Source: a bacterium (GTDB lineage: Bacteria > T1Sed10-126). From it: DNA of 64,000 nt. The notes under the pieces were generated by a model. That model did not search any database and was not told the DNA's origin. It was given only the letters and a program-made list of their open reading frames with translations. Every line of letters begins with the position of its first letter. The first letter of the stretch is position 1. Position numbers and translations under genes: made by a program. The stretch covers positions 19,272 to 83,271 of the forward strand of contig PWHN01000050.1 of the NCBI GenBank assembly GCA_003554945.1. Direction: 5' to 3'. Positions 62,751 through 64,000 of the stretch are shown here, one piece after another.

Positions 62751-63005
62751 TTACTCCGGCTCCTCTTTCGGCAACAGCTCCACCTGCTCGCCCCCCTGGT
62801 CGTCAACTTCCTCGACCAGCAGTTCCGCTTCCTCAAGTTTCTCTTCACAATATTTGATTAACTCCGCACCTCGACTGTAGCTCTGCATTGCTTCTTCTAA
62901 CGAAAGCTCGCCGCTCTCCAGCGCCGACGCCAGCTCTTCCAACTGATCCATCGCCTCTCTAAAATTTTCCGGTTCCTTCTGTTCACCACTCATAAAAATC
63001 ACCAA
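62751..63005 (-). CDS. xseB: exodeoxyribonuclease VII small subunit
   Basis: An 84-aa helical acidic protein containing ENFREAMDQLEELASALESGELSLEE. Confidence 0.85.
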   Translation of the reverse strand: MVIFMSGEQKEPENFREAMDQLEELASALESGELSLEEAMQSYSRGAELIKYCEEKLEEAELLVEEVDDQGGEQVELLPKEEPE

Positions 63006-63049
63006 TTCACTATTTTTAAGTTTCTCGCCCGCCCAAAACTTCAGATTAA

Positions 63050-63430
63050 AGCTTAAAGCCCAAAGCTCAAAGCTAAAACCGTTTTTCTTTGTTTTCGAAT
63101 TAACGATTTTCTGCGCTCACCAATCACTGCTCTCCCGCCTGCTCGAATGTTCGCTAGTTCGAATGCTCGCTTTTCCTTAGCGTCTTCGCGTTCTCCGCTC
63201 TTGGTCAACGATTTTGCTCTTGACCTAAAGCTCGTCATTCCGGCCTCCGAGCCGGAATCCAGTGACTTTGACCTTGAACTTGATTTTGCTTTACGTCTTC
63301 GCGCCTTCGCGTTCTCCGTTTTTGACTTTACGCCTGCTCGCATGCTCGCCTGTTCGCAGGCTCGATGTTTAACGCCCCGCCCCCTGCGCCGCGCTCCTTT
63401 CACCCACTCCCCCACTCCCCCCATCGCTAA
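63050..63430. repeat. repeat-rich ~380-nt intergenic insert between xseB and xseA
   Basis: Degenerate direct repeats (CGTCTTCGCGTTCTCCG twice; CCTGCTCGAATGTTCGC / CCTGCTCGCATGCTCGC). A perfect hairpin CATTCCGGCCTCCGAGCCGGAATC carries the CGTCATTCCGG family termini, and a C/A-rich tail CCCCACTCCCCCCATCGCTAATCCTCCCCCACAACAACCCCAACC follows. Confidence 0.55.
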
Positions 63431-64000
63431 TCCTCCCCCACAACAACCCCAACCTCACCATCCCACCAGCGTATACTCAGCTCTTCTCCCGTCTCTACAG
63501 CCTTTGCCGCGGTAACCAGCTCCTCCCCCCGTTCTACCACTGTATACCCACGTTTCAAAACCCGCTCTGGATTCAACGATTCCAGTTTCCCCCGCTGCTG
63601 GTCCCACTTGTGCCGTTTATCTCGCAAATTTCTTCGATAATTATTTTGAAACCTTTCCCGCCAGAGCTCTAGCTTTTCTCGAAACGGCTTTACCCAGCCC
63701 CGCGGATCGGCAAATACCCGCTTTTCACCCATAAATTGCAGCCGCTCCCAACCCCGATCTACACGGGTACGGTAACCTGTTTTCATCCGTTTTTTAAACT
63801 CGCCCAACTCCCGCTTCAACTCTTCCAGCGAAGGGGCCACTTCTTCGCCTGCCGCCGTCGGCGTCGGTGAGCGGTGATCGGCAACAAGATCGGAGATAGT
63901 GACGTCCACCTCGTGACCAACCGCACTGATCACCGGCACCGGACAGTCAATAATCGCCCGGGCTACCTCTTCCTCGTTAAAAGCCCATAGATCTTCCGGG
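63427..64000 (-). CDS. xseA: exodeoxyribonuclease VII large subunit, 5' part runs off the window edge
   Basis: ...[31 protein letters not shown] matches the ExoVII large-subunit catalytic region. The reading frame stays open to the window end; the tracked 'M' is a GTG inside the gene. Confidence 0.85.
   Translation of the reverse strand, partial: PEDLWAFNEEEVARAIIDCPVPVISAVGHEVDVTISDLVADHRSPTPTAAGEEVAPSLEELKRELGEFKKRMKTGYRTRVDRGWERLQFMGEKRVFADPRGWVKPFREKLELWRERFQNNYRRNLRDKRHKWDQQRGKLESLNPERVLKRGYTVVERGEELVTAAKAVETGEELSIRWWDGEVGVVVGED

Noticed and set aside
62747-62848. Basic N-terminal 34 aa of the tracked ispA ORF
   Set aside because: It overlaps xseB. The polyprenyl synthase core starts at MTARLP, whose ATG abuts the xseB stop.
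63053-63515. K/R/S-rich 123-aa (minus-strand) and 122-aa (plus-strand) ORFs inside the xseA-xseB repeat insert
   Set aside because: They are low-complexity reading frames generated by the tandem repeats on both strands, with no RBS and no domain signature. I treat them as non-coding.

Overview
This window is a conserved housekeeping stretch of a bacterial chromosome; no defence, mobile or biosynthetic island stands out in it. Positions 1-27,000 hold the ribosomal super-cluster on the minus strand, in the order adk (partial), secY, the spc and S10 blocks, tuf, fusA, rpsG, rpsL, rpoC, rpoB, rplL, rplJ, rplA, rplK, nusG, secE, tRNA-Trp and tRNA-Thr. L30 (rpmD) and L33 (rpmG) are absent. Next comes the cell-shape operon (mreB, mreC, mreD, mrdA, rodA on the minus strand), then a TPR protein, a PpiD-like parvulin chaperone and a 3D-domain wall protein. 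After that is a DUF47 protein, an LptD-like outer-membrane protein with an adjacent LptF/G permease (so the organism is diderm), and a Firmicute-like syntenic run: rplU, prp, rpmA, obg, proB, proA, nadD, yqeK, an LCP-like gene, rsfS, hpt, an Lrp regulator, an aminotransferase, a second LptF/G permease, an HD-GYP/GAF protein, an SH3b protein, an Fe-ADH, a site-2 protease, recN, tlyA, dxs, ispA, xseB and a partial xseA. Many proteins carry acidic tails or inserts (uS5, uS17, NusG, RpoB, PpiD), which suggests an acid-shifted proteome, possibly an adaptation to high salt; this is inference. The observations worth a second look are: (1) uL10 carries a ~98-aa insertion encoding two helix-hairpin-helix motifs; (2) a Prp protease homologue is present although L27 has no N-terminal propeptide, and a 250-nt structured spacer separates them; (3) two families of GC-run palindromic repeats recur in the window, one with a conserved G-quadruplex motif and one sitting inside the spc operon; (4) a 'CGTCATTCCGG...CCGGAATG' hairpin/foldback family is present; (5) a repeat-rich 420-nt insertion splits xseA from xseB; (6) the rpsJ-rplC spacer is unusually long at 207 nt.
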